Source: Stegostoma tigrinum
Taxonomy: Eukaryota
NCBI RefSeq assembly: GCF_030684315.1
Contig: NC_081387.1
Span: 1,406,497 to 1,470,496 of the forward strand
Length of the DNA stretch: 64,000 nucleotides
Reading direction: 5' to 3'
Below the pieces are notes generated by a model, which saw nothing but the letters and a program-made list of their open reading frames with translations, was not told the DNA's origin and searched no databases. Shown here in pieces: positions 47,770 through 58,574 of this stretch. A program made the position numbers and the translations under genes. Every line of letters starts with the position of its first letter. The first letter of the stretch is position 1.

Positions 47770-50580
47770 TACAGCTAGAAACAGGCCCTTCAGCCCAAAC
47801 TGGTCCATGCTGATCATGTTACTCACTCAGCTCATTCCAAATACTCACATTTAGTCCATATCTACCCAAACCCTTCCCATCCATGTACCTATCCAAATGT
47901 GTTTTTTAATGTTTCTATTGCACCTGCCACAACCATTTTCTTTGGCAGCCCAATCCATAAGCACCACTCTCTTCATGAAGAGGTTGCCCCTCAGGCGCTT
48001 CTTAAACCTTTCCCTTTTCATCTTAAACCTACACCCTGTAGTGATTAATTTCCCATCCCTGGGCAGAGGATTGTACGCATTCATCCTAGATATGCTCCGT
48101 GTGATTTTATTCACCTCAATAAGGTCACCCCTCATTCTCCTACATTCCAAGGAATAAAGTCCAAACTGGCCAACCACTTCCTGTTACTCAGGCCTGCTAC
48201 TTCGGGAAACATTGCCGTAAATCTTTTTGACACACTTTCTAGTTTAACTATGTCTTTCCTATAACAGGGTGAACAAACCTGAACACGATACTCTCAGAGA
48301 TAATGGGAACTGCAGATGCTGGAGAATCCAATGTAACAAAGTGTGGAGCTGGATGAACACAGCAGGCCGAGCAGCATCTTAGGAGCACAAAAGCTGATGT
48401 TTCTGGCCTAGACCCTTCATCAGAGAGGGGGATGGGGAGAGGGAACTGGAATAAATAGGGAGAGAGGGGGAGGCGGACCGAAGATGGAGAGTAAAGAAGA
48501 TAGGTGGAGAGGAGAGTATAGGTGGGGAGGTAGGGAGGGGATAGGTCAGTCAGGGGAGGATGGACAGGTCAAAGAGGTGGGATGAGGTTTGTAGGTGGGA
48601 ACTGGAGGTGCGGCTTGAGGTGGGAGATGGGGATAGGTGAGAGGTAGAACAGGTTGGGGAGGCGGGGATGAGCTGGGCTGGTTTTGGGATGCAGTGGGGG
48701 AAGGGGGGATTTTGAAGCTTGAGAAGTCCACATTGATACCATTGGGCTGCAGGGTTCCCAAGCGGAATATGAGTTGCTGTTCCTGCAACCTTCAGGTGGC
48801 ATCATTGTGGCACTGCAGGAGGCCCAGGATGGACATGTCGTCTAAGGAATGGGAGGGGGAGTTGGAATGGTTCGCGACTGGGCGGTGCACTTGTTTATTG
48901 CGAACCGAGTGGAGATGTTCTGCAAAGCGGTCCCCAAGTCTCCGCTTGGTTTCCCCAGTGTAGAGGAAGTGCCTCCTGCAGTGCCACAATGATGCCACCC
49001 GAAGGTTGCAGGAACAGCAACTCATATTCCGCTTGGGAACCCTGCAGCCCGATGGTATCAATGTGGACTTCACAAGCATCAAAATCTCCCCTTCCACCAC
49101 TGCATCCCAAAACCAGTCCAGTTCGTCCCCGCCTTCCTAACCTGTTCTTCCTCTCACCTATCCCCTCCTCCCACCTCAAGCCACACTTCCATTTCCCACC
49201 TAACAACCTCATCCTGCCTCCTTGACCTGTCCATCCTCCCCAGGCTGACCTATCCCCTTCCTACCACCCCACCTATACTCTCCTCTCCACGATACTCTCA
49301 GCCTCACCAACGACATATACAACTGTAACATAATGTCCAAACTTTTATATTCAATGCTTTGACCAATGAAGTTCAACATGCTAAATGCCTTCTTCACTAC
49401 TCTGTCTAACTGTGGCACTACTTTCAATGAAATATGTACTTATATTCCTAGATCCCACCATTCCTCAACACTCGTCAGGACCTTACCTCAGGTCCTAATT
49501 TGGTTTGACTTTCCAAAGTGCAACACCTCACACTTATCGGTATTGAATTGCATTTGCCAATCATCAACCCACTTCCTGATCTGATCAAGATCTCTCCGCA
49601 CATTTTGATAATCTTCCTCCTCTCAATCAATGATACTTCCTAATTTTGTATCATCTACTAATGTTCACATCCAGATCACTTATGTAAGTAATAAATAGCA
49701 AGTAACAAAGGTTCCAGCACTGACCCCTGTGGCACACCACTAGTCATAGGCCTTGATTCTGAGAAACAGCCTTTAACCATCTATTTCCTACTATCGAGGT
49801 AGTTTGAATCCAATTACCTAGGTTTTGCTGGATCCTGTGCGACCTAACTTTCATGATTAGCCTGTTTTGTGAACCCTTGTCAAAGGCCTTACTAAAATCC
49901 ATATTAACATCATCCACTGTCCTACTCTCATCTATCCTCTTGCTTACCTCTTTGAAAAACTCTGAAAGATTTGTCAGACGTGACTTCCAATGCTGACTAT
50001 CCCTAATCTGACTTATACTATCCAAATATGGATTGATCCTGTCCCTCAGTACCTCTCCAATGACTTGCCTACTGTTTATGTCAGACTCACTGGCCTGTAG
50101 TTCTCTGGCTTGTCTTTGCTCCCTTTTTTAAGCAATGGAACAACATTAGCCAACCTCCAGACTTCCAAAACTTCACCAATGGCTAAACATGAAGCAAAAG
50201 TCTCTGCAAGGGCCTCTGTAATTTCTTTTTTAGCCTCCCACAATGTCCCAGAATGGACTAGACTAGACCTAGGAAATTTATCTATCTTAATGCACTTTAA
50301 GGCTGCCAATACCTTCTTTCTGACAATATGAATGTGGTCCAAAACAGCCCCACTTGTTTTCCTTACTTCCTTCACATCCATGATCCTTGCCTCAGTAAAC
50401 AGTCAGGAGAAATATTTGTGAAAAATCTCCCCATCTCCTGTGACTCAACACAGAGACAGCCATGTTGATCTTTAAGGGGACCTGTTCTCTCCCTAACCAC
50501 CTTCTTAATACAGCTATAGAATCTTTTTGGATTATCTTTAGCATTATCTGCCAGATCCATCTCTTACTCGCTTTTTGCTT
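47770..50580 (-). mobile_element. CR1 LINE ORF2 fragment, split by a PLE and itself inside a Rex1-like remnant
   Basis: WRLANVVPLLKKGSKDKPENYRPVSLT, MDFSKAFDK, LYSLECRRMRGDLIEV. Confidence 0.9.
48298..49287. mobile_element. Inverted-structure PLE (minus arm to ~48970, plus arm after) nested in a CR1
   Basis: Two opposed EN/tail fragments; 14-bp TSD cacgatactctcag at 48284-48297 and 49288-49301. Confidence 0.9.
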
Positions 50581-51039
50581 TTCTGATTTCTGTGCATAAG
50601 TCTGATAACAGCGGGGAAGAAGCTGTTTGCTTTTCAGTTGGTACACATTTTCAAACCTTTGAATCTTCTGCTGAATGGAAGATGGTGGAAGAGAGAGAGT
50701 ATAACGGGGTGGCAGGTGTCTTTAATTGTATTTTTTGTTTTCTCAAGTATGTGGGAAGTGTAGACTGAGCCAACAAGTACCAGTTATGGAGGCTAGGAGT
50801 CCTCACCTCAAGAAAGACTCTGCCTGTCTCCCAAGCCAGCAGACAGAGTATACCTGAGTAATTTGGGCGCAGTTTGATCTCCAGACTGCAGAACAGTCAA
50901 GATCTGTCTGTCTATCTCTCTTTCTCTCTCACCACCTTTCTCTTGCTTTCCCACTATGGAGTGCGTAAATAAAACCCAGAAGTTAGCTAATTGTTCTCTC
51001 TCACAAATTGTTTCCACTAATAAATGCGAAATAATGCAG

Positions 51040-51720
51040 GTGCTGGAAAACACAAAAATAAAATCAGAAACTGCTGGAGATACTCAGCAGGTTTGGCAGC
51101 ATCTGCGCAGTGAGAAACAGACTTAACGCTTCAAGTTCCAAAAGACACTTTTTCAGTTAAAAAAAGGAATGAAAATCATAGCTTTTATGCTGCTACCAGA
51201 GCGAGACGTTGGGTGAGTGAATGAGATGATGAGGATCAAGGATTTGTTAGTGTCGTAAAGGAGTGATAGCTGTGAAAGTAGGTGAAAATGATAGAAAAAG
51301 AAAATTGGTCCACTTAATTGACAGCAACATCAGGGAGACAAACAAAACTTGGCTGGGTCAAAAGGTGAGGGGTCTATTCAAATAGATGACAGAGATCATG
51401 ACCTGAAGTTGTTGAACTCCGAGTTGAGACTTTGGGGTTGTAAAGGGCCTCACTGGAAAATGAAATGGTGCTCCTCTAGCTCGTGTTGGTCTTCATTGGA
51501 AAACTGCAAACAGGATGCAAACTGGAACAAAGGGAATGGAGCATTGAAACAAGAAGCAATTGGGAGTTCAGGCACATTTCAACAGACAGAGTGAAAGTGT
51601 TCAACGGTGAAGTCACCAAGTCTCGACAATTTAAAGGAGACCAGATTGTGAGACATGGATGCAGTAGACAAGTTTGAAACGAGTGCAAAAGACATGCTGC
51701 TCCACCTGGAAGAATTTTTT
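51040..51720 (-). mobile_element. Old diverged PLE endonuclease/tail fragment
   Basis: Remnants resembling RLGD.F.EH and EEHHFIF..G.LQP.G; PLE-type tail. Confidence 0.55.
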
Positions 51721-51786
51721 TGGATAATAAAATGTGAGGCTGGATGAACACAGCAGGCCAAGCAGCATCTCAGGAGCACAAAAGCT

Positions 51787-51814
51787 GACGTTTCGGGCCT
51801 AGACCCTTCATCAG
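51787..51814 (-). ncRNA. Minimal type I hammerhead ribozyme motif (PLE tail)
   Basis: Reverse complement reads CTGATGAAGGGTCTAGGCCCGAAACGTC. Confidence 0.85.
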
Positions 51815-52038
51815 AGAGGGGGATGGGAAGAGGGAACTGGAATAAATAGGGAGAGAGGGGGAGGCGGACCGAAGATGGAGAGTAAAGAAGATAGGTGGAG
51901 AGAGTATAGGTGGGGAGGTAGGGAGGGGATACGTCAGTCCAGGGAAGACGGACAGGTCAAGGAGGTGGGATGAGGTTAGTAGGTAGCTGGGGGTGTGGCT
52001 TGGGGTGGGAGGAAGGGATGGGTGAGAGGAAGAACCTA

Positions 52039-53859
52039 TTAGGGAGGCAGAGACAGGTTGGACTGGTTTTGGGATGCAGTGGGTGGGGGGGAAGAGCTGA
52101 GCTGATTGTGTGGTGCAGTGGGGGGAGGGGACGAACTGGGCTGGTTTAGGGATGCAGTGGGGGAAGGTGAGATTTTGAAACTGGTGAAGTCCACATTGAT
52201 ACCATTAGGCTGCAGGGTTCCCAGGCGGAATATGAGTTGCTGTTCCTGCAACCTTCGGGTGGCATCATTGTGGCACTGCAGGAGGCCCATGATGGACATG
52301 TCATCTAGAGAATGGGAGGGGGAGTGGAAATGGTTTGCAACTGGGAGGTGCAGTTGTTTGTTGCGAACTGAGCGGAGGTGTTCTGCAAAGCGGTCTCCAA
52401 GCCTCTGCTTGGTTTCCCCAATGTAGAGGAAGCCACACCGGGTACAGTGGATGCAGTATACCACATTGGCAGATGTGCAGGTGAACCTCTGCTTAATGTG
52501 GAATGTCATCTTGGGGCCTGGGATAGGGGTGAGGGAGGAGGTGTGGGGGCAAGTGTAGCATTTCCTGCGGTTGCAGGGGAAGGTGCCGGGTGTGGTGGGG
52601 TTGGAGGGCAGTGTGGAGAGAACAAGGGAGTCACAGAGAGAGTTGTCTCTCCGGAAAGCAGACAGGGGTGGGGATGGAAAAATGTCTTGGGTGGTGGGGT
52701 CGGATTGTAAATGGCGGAATTGTCGGAGGATGATGCATTGTATCCGGAGGTTGGTAGGGTGGTGTGTGAGAACGAGGGGGATCCTCTTTGGGCGGTTGTG
52801 GCGGGGGCGGGATGTGAGGGATGTGTTGCGGGAAATGCGGGAGACGCGGTCAAGGGCGTTCTCGATCACTGTGGGGGGAAAGTTGCGGTCCTTGAAGAAC
52901 TTGGACATCTGGGATGTGCGGGAGTGGAATGTCTTATCGTTGGAGCAGATGCGGCGGAGGCGGAGGAATTGGGAATAGGGGATGGAATTTTTGCAGGAGG
53001 GTGGGTGGGAGGAGGTGTATTCTAGGTCGCTGTGGGAGTCGGTGGGTTTGAAATGGACATCAGTTACAAGCTGGTTGCCTGAGATGGAGACTGAGAGGTC
53101 CAGGAAGGTGAGGGATGTGCTAGAGATGGCCCAGGTGAACTGAAGGTTGGGGTGGAAGGTGTTGGTGAAGTGGATGAACTGTTCGAGCTCCTCTGGGGAG
53201 CAAGAGGCAGCGCCGATACAGTCATCAATGTACCGGAGGAAGAGGTGGGGTTTGGGGCCTGTGTAGGTGCGGAAGAGGGACTGTTCCACGTACCCTACAA
53301 AGAGGCAGGCATAGCTGGGGCCCATGCGGGTGCCCATGGCCACCCCCTTAGTCTGTAGGAAGTGGGAGGAGTCAAAAGAGAAGTTGTTGAGGGTGAGGAC
53401 GAGTTTAGCTAGGCGGATGAGGGTGTCGGTGGAGGGGGACTGGTTGGGCCTGCGGGACAGGAAGAAGCGGAGGGCCTTGAGGCCATCTGCATGCGGAATG
53501 CAGTTGTATAGGGACTGGACGTCCATGGTGAAGATGAGGTGTTGGGGGCCAGGGAATTGGAAGTCCTGGAGGAGGTGGAGGGCGTGGGTGGTGTCACGGA
53601 CGTAGGTGGGGAGTTCCTGGACCAAAGGGGAGACAATGGAGTCCAGATAGGTGGAGATGAGTTCGGTGGGGCAGGAGCAGGCTGAGACGATGGGTCGACA
53701 ATGATCGAGAACGCCCTTGACCGCGTCTCCCGCATTTCCCGCAACACATCCCTCACACCCCGCCCCCGCCACAACCACCCAAAGAGGATCCCCCTCATTC
53801 TCACACACCATCGTACCAACCTCCGGATACAACGCATCATCCTCCGACACTTCCGCCAT
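52039..53859 (-). CDS. Penelope-type reverse transcriptase + GIY-YIG endonuclease (5'-truncated; first ~54 aa derive from the antisense of the inverted arm)
   Basis: RT motifs RPIVS, FTMDVQSLY, GVAMGTRMGPSYACLF, LRYIDD, FLDL; endonuclease NVVYCIHCTRCGFLYIGET..RL..RF.EH with the Cys-rich linker; no stops in 606 codons. Confidence 0.9.
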   Translation of the reverse strand: MAEVSEDDALYPEVGTMVCENEGDPLWVVVAGAGCEGCVAGNAGDAVKGVLDHCRPIVSACSCPTELISTYLDSIVSPLVQELPTYVRDTTHALHLLQDFQFPGPQHLIFTMDVQSLYNCIPHADGLKALRFFLSRRPNQSPSTDTLIRLAKLVLTLNNFSFDSSHFLQTKGVAMGTRMGPSYACLFVGYVEQSLFRTYTGPKPHLFLRYIDDCIGAASCSPEELEQFIHFTNTFHPNLQFTWAISSTSLTFLDLSVSISGNQLVTDVHFKPTDSHSDLEYTSSHPPSCKNSIPYSQFLRLRRICSNDKTFHSRTSQMSKFFKDRNFPPTVIENALDRVSRISRNTSLTSRPRHNRPKRIPLVLTHHPTNLRIQCIILRQFRHLQSDPTTQDIFPSPPLSAFRRDNSLCDSLVLSTLPSNPTTPGTFPCNRRKCYTCPHTSSLTPIPGPKMTFHIKQRFTCTSANVVYCIHCTRCGFLYIGETKQRLGDRFAEHLRSVRNKQLHLPVANHFHSPSHSLDDMSIMGLLQCHNDATRRLQEQQLIFRLGTLQPNGINVDFTSFKISPSPTASLNQPSSSPPPTAPHNQLSSSPPPTASQNQSNLSLPP

Positions 53860-54507
53860 TTACAATCCGACCCCACCACCCAAGACATTTTTCCATCCCC
53901 ACCCCTGTCTGCTTTCCGGAGAGACCACTCTCTCCGTGACTCCCTTGTTCGCTCCACACTGCCCTCCAACCCCACCACACCCGGCACCTTCCCCTGCAAC
54001 CGCAGGAAATGCTACACTTGCCCCCACACCTCCTCCCTCACCCCTATCCCAGGCCCCAAGATGACATTCCACATTAAGCAGAGGTTCACCTGCACATCTG
54101 CCAATGTGGTATACTGCATCCACTGTACCCAGTGTGGCTTCCTCTACATTGGGGAAACCAAGCAGAGGCTTGGAGACCGCTTTGCAGAACACCTCCGCTC
54201 AGTTCGCAACAAACAACTGCACCTCCCAGTTGCAAACCATTTCCACTCCCCCTCCCATTCTCTAGATGACATGTCCATCATGGGCCTCCTGCAGTGCCAC
54301 AATGATGCCACCCGAAGGTTGCAGGAACAGCAACTCATATTCCGCCTGGGAACCCTGCAGCCTAATGGTATCAATGTGGACTTCACTAGTTTCAAAATCT
54401 CCCCTTCCCCTACTGCATCCCTAAACCAGCCCAGTTCGTCCCCTCCCCCCACTGCACCACACAACCAGCCCAGCTCTTCCCCCCCACCCACTGCATCCCA
54501 AAACTAG
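53701..54507 (+). CDS. PLE RT C-terminal/linker + GIY-YIG endonuclease fragment (inverted arm)
   Basis: 268-aa ORF nearly identical to the C-terminal half of the 606-aa ORF. Confidence 0.8.
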   Translation: MIENALDRVSRISRNTSLTPRPRHNHPKRIPLILTHHRTNLRIQRIILRHFRHLQSDPTTQDIFPSPPLSAFRRDHSLRDSLVRSTLPSNPTTPGTFPCNRRKCYTCPHTSSLTPIPGPKMTFHIKQRFTCTSANVVYCIHCTQCGFLYIGETKQRLGDRFAEHLRSVRNKQLHLPVANHFHSPSHSLDDMSIMGLLQCHNDATRRLQEQQLIFRLGTLQPNGINVDFTSFKISPSPTASLNQPSSSPPPTAPHNQPSSSPPPTASQN

Positions 54508-54755
54508 TCCAACCTGTCTCTGCCTCCCCAACCGGTTCTTCCTCTCACCCATCCCTTCCTCCCACCCCAAGCCACACCCCCAGCTACCTACTAACCTCAT
54601 CCCACCTCCTTGACCTGTCCGTCTTCCCTGGACTGACGTATCCCCTCCCTACCTCCCCACCTATACTCTCTCCACCTATCTTCTTTACTCTCCATCTTCG
54701 GTCCGCCTCCCCCTCTCTCCCTATTTATTCCAGTTCCCTCCCCCCATCCCCCTCC

Positions 54756-54783
54756 CTGATGAAGGGTCTAGGCCCGAAACGTC
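54756..54783 (+). ncRNA. Minimal type I hammerhead ribozyme motif (PLE tail)
   Basis: CTGATGA-a-GGGT(CTAG)GCCC-GAAA-CGTC: catalytic boxes, helix II hairpin, palindromic ACGT helix III and a GUC cleavage triplet. Confidence 0.85.
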
Positions 54784-55052
54784 AGCTTTTGTGCTCCTGA
54801 GATGCTGCTTGGCCTGCTGTGTTCATCCAGCCTCACATTTTATTAGCTACCTTTCAGGTGTTGGCTATTTCACTGCAGACAGACAGAAAGAGAGGGAGGG
54901 ACCATGAGAGTGAGAGAAAGAGAGAGATCCTTTTTCTGCAGTCTGAAGCTTTTGTCCCCTGTATGGTTCACATCCAAATTGTTCACCTGCTCAGGAGCCG
55001 ATCAGAGTGTTGTTGATAAGCTGGTCACTTCTGACATCCGCAATTGGTTCCA

Positions 55053-55073
55053 ATTGCATAAACCAATCAGCAA
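55053..55073 (-). promoter_or_regulatory. Second copy of the CCAAT + C/EBP-like motif
   Basis: Reverse complement TTGCTGATTGGTTTATGCAAT. Confidence 0.4.
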
Positions 55074-55116
55074 ATTCACTGAGCGAAGTCCACTCGAAAC
55101 ACAGTGAAATAAACAG

Positions 55117-55119
<3 letters not shown>

Positions 55120-55163
<44 letters not shown>
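55120..55163. repeat. (CA)n microsatellite
   Basis: About 22 perfect CA units followed by degenerate CA-rich sequence to ~55245. Confidence 0.95.
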
Positions 55164-55167
<4 letters not shown>

Positions 55168-55689
55168 TGAATAATCAAATGCACACAGATATATTCACAC
55201 ACATGCACACAGGCACATGCACATATAGGCACACAGACACATATACATTTCTGTGCCATCTTCATTTTCTTCTCCAACAACTCAAACAAAGCAACAGCGT
55301 AGACACAACTGTCAGTGAGTTACAGAGATAACAAGGCATAGAGCGGGATGAACACAGCAGGCCAAGCAGCATGAGAGGAACACAAATGCTGACATTTCAG
55401 GCCTAGACCCTTCTTCAGAAACTTTTTTAATATAAAAGTGCAGCATTCACATATGACAGGCAGTGAAAGAGGGATACAGACAACGTGCAACTGAATGGAA
55501 TTAGATTATGTAAAACAATTATTAACCACGTTCAGCACAGAAATGGTGAGCCAAAGGGTCTATTCCTGTGCTGCACTGTTATAAATTCCATGTTCCGCAG
55601 TCTTTGTTTGTCTTTTATCAGTTTTCCTTCAGATTGACTTCTTCAGCACAAAATTTCCATCAATTCCTACATGCCACTAGGCTTCTGTT

Positions 55690-56320
55690 TCTGAACATTT
55701 CCGGGAAGTTCTAAAAACAAAATCGTGCTGATCTGATCTAAAACAGAATTTGCTGGAGAAACTTAACAGGTCTGACAGTATCTGTGGAGCAAGAAAGAAA
55801 GTTAATGCTTTGGTCAAGTATGACTCTTCAGAAAAGAAAAGGGCTGTGAAACAATGGATTTTATGTTGTTGACAAAGGGGCAGATGAGGAGTGTGTGGAA
55901 CAGATGGTGAGACTGTCCAGAACAAAAGACAAAGGAAGTGCAATTCAAGTAAGGAGCGATCTTGATTTTAAATATGTGCTTGCAATAGCTGTCACTTGTC
56001 AAAAGTAGATTAGCTTTGCTGAGAGAAAACACACAGAGAAAAGAGAGGGGTGAAGTCTGTAAAATCAGAATAGAGTACAGAGTTAATAGTCCCCAATAGT
56101 TGAACTCAATGTTGTGTCTTGAAGGATGAGAACTGCCTCAACAGAAAATGAAGTGGTTTACTAAAATAGCAAGCAACTGGAAGGTTGGAGTCATTCTTAC
56201 AGAGAAATGTTCCACAGAGCTGTCACTTAGTCTGTTTGGTCTCACCAATGAAACGGTGACAACATGATGAGTAGGAAATATGTTTGGCTGGATCAAAGGA
56301 AGCAAAAGTAAAATGCCGCT
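55690..56320 (-). mobile_element. Old diverged PLE endonuclease/tail fragment
   Basis: Decayed IGET..RL.D..EH homology and PLE-type tail. Confidence 0.5.
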
Positions 56321-56324
56321 TCAC

Positions 56325-56715
56325 CTCGAAGATCTTATAGAAACATATAAGATTAGGAAGGATAAGGTGGAGTCAGGGAGGTTGTTTCTGCCATCAGGTG
56401 AAACTAGAACTAGAGGGCATCGCCTCAAAATAAAGGGAAGCAGATGTAGGACTGAGGTCAGGAGGAACTTCTTCACCCAAAGGGTTGTGAATCTGTGGAA
56501 TTCCCTGCCCAGTGAAGCGGTTGAAGTTACCTCACTGAACTTGTTTAAGGCAAGGCTAGATAAATTTTTGAACAGTAAAGGAATTAAGCGTTATGGTGAG
56601 TGGGTGGGTAAGTGGAGTTGAATCTCAAAAAGATCAGCCATGATCTTATTAAATGGCAGGGCAGGCTTGAGGGGCCGGATGGCCTACTCCTGCTCCTAGT
56701 TCTTAAGGTCTGTAT
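56325..56715 (+). mobile_element. CR1 3' fragment
   Basis: DLIETYKI...TRTRGHRLKIKG...RNFFTQRVVNLWNSLP. Confidence 0.85.
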
Positions 56716-57004
56716 GTTTGGGGCCCTGAGCACTGAGGAAAGAGAGGGTGAATGTGCAAATGTTTCCACTTCTACAATTGGGAAAGTCCCATGGGAGACT
56801 GAGGATATATTGAGAGTCATGGAGGAGTGGATCAGTTTGTTCTGAATGGAAATGGTCCCTACAGAGTGCTGACACAGGTAGGAAGGATATATTGTTGGTG
56901 GCGGAATCCTGATGGTGGCATCTTTATGAGGCAGTTGTGGGCACAGAAAAACACAGTTAGTACAGAGGCTGCCCTACATTGTTCCTGATATTTTCCTCAG
57001 ATAG

Positions 57005-57420
57005 AACAGCATGGTGGCTTAGTGGTTAGCACCACTGCCTGACAGTGCCAGGGACATGGGTTCACTTCCACCCTCAAGTGACTGTCTGTGAAGTTTGCAC
57101 AATCTCCCTGCGGCAATCCATGTGCCAGCCTTGGGTCAGGTCTAGTGCCATGACTAGTGTTCCCTCTAAGCTGCCTGAGTCTGTGTGGGTTTCTCCGCTT
57201 TCCTCCCACAGTTCAAAGATGTGGAAGCTAGGTGGATTAGCCATGCTAAATTGCCCATGATATTTTGGGATGTCTAGGATAGTTGTAATAGCCATGAGAA
57301 ACATAGGGTTATAGGGAAAAGGTAGGGGGTGGGGATGCATTTGGGTAGGATGTTCTTCTAAGGGTCAGTATGCACTTGTTCAGCCAAAAGGCCTCTTTCC
57401 ACACTGTAGGAATTCTATGA
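57005..57420 (+). mobile_element. HE1-type V-SINE with a ~67-bp internal insertion
   Basis: A box TGGCTTAGTGG; V-domain interrupted at about 57111-57177. Confidence 0.8.
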
Positions 57421-57429
57421 TTATATGTG

Positions 57430-58570
57430 GCAAGAAAGGGAAGATTAACATCTTGCTTTGCAGTCAGGTCCCCTGGAGATCCTGGAAGATGGGGGCATGG
57501 TAGCAGGGGGAGAGTTTGCAGCTTAGAGGGAACACTAGTCACGGCACTAGACGTGGCACATGGATCACTGCAGTCTCTGCATTTGGTTGGATGTCCAAAC
57601 GATGCAGGTAGAATGTCAACGACCATCTCCACTCTGCAAACTTCTTTTCTCTGATACCTTGCACTCATGCTATCTCTACAACCGTACCCACCTCCCTGCA
57701 AAGCACACTCTCTACCACTCCCAGTATCACTTGCAACATCTTCCCTCATTCGATCTCACCCATCCAAACCCATGATACCACCAATGCAGTGTGCCCTCTG
57801 AGCTGCCCACTTACTTGCTTGAGAAATCTCATCACCTCACACCACTAAAAAGACATCTATGTCACCCATTTTCATGTCCAATAATACTTCTCTCATTTCA
57901 GGAGGAAGATAAAACAGAGGGCAGGAAGAGCCAAGATGGATGTGCAGGCTAGGTGGATTAGCCATTGAAAGTGTAGGGTTACAGGGATAGGGTAGTGGAG
58001 TGGACCTAAGTGGGATACCCTTTAGAGGGTTGCTGTGGACTCGATAGGCCTAACAGACTGCTTCCACACTGTAGGGATTCTATGAGGACAGGATCCTGTC
58101 TCTGATGGTCCTGAGCAGCTGAATGACCATGTCCAGGCCCCTGGGCTGTTATCAGAAGGTGCCCTTGTCAGGACCCACTGACCAAAGTCTATCTCCTTCA
58201 ACCCGACTGAGGACTGCTGTCAACTATGCCAATCTTCCTGGCTTTATGCCTATAATAACTGAGATTCAACCCAGCCCAGTCTATGGGTCCAAGTCCTTGA
58301 GCACAGTGTCCTTGCTGTAGTGTTTTGAAGATGTTTGCTGTTGCACTATGAGATGCAGAATTGAAGTATAGAAGCATCTTCCGAGTGGAGTGGAGATGTG
58401 TCTTGAGGGTTCTCAGAGGCTGGCACATGTCAAGGTGCCAGGTCATGTGCCTGGTGCCCATGGAGTGTACCCTGAGACATTGGTGTATTATGTCCAGTAT
58501 GGAGATCCTTTGCAGCAGCAAACAAGCCAAAGTCACCAGGTCCCCACTCCAATATCCATGTTCAGAATTC
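57430..58570 (+). mobile_element. Possible PIF/Harbinger Myb/SANT-ORF remnant, interrupted by a SINE fragment (57935-58085)
   Basis: Decayed GRLTSCFAVRS/LEILEDG and YEDRILSLMG-like segments resemble Harbinger Myb-like proteins; recognised from memory only. Confidence 0.3.
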
Positions 58571-58574
58571 TCAG

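Larger units (their letters stand above)
51725..54845. mobile_element. Young Penelope-like retroelement with a large inverted terminal duplication (minus copy 51725-53697, plus copy 53698-54845)
   Basis: RT plus GIY-YIG ORF on the minus strand; 53698-54845 is the reverse complement of about 51725-52870; each outer end carries a hammerhead-containing tail. Confidence 0.95.

Noticed and set aside
52106-53605. Multiple antisense or alternative-frame ORFs over the PLE
   Set aside because: They are shadows of the PLE ORF caused by its C-rich codon bias, with no independent motifs.
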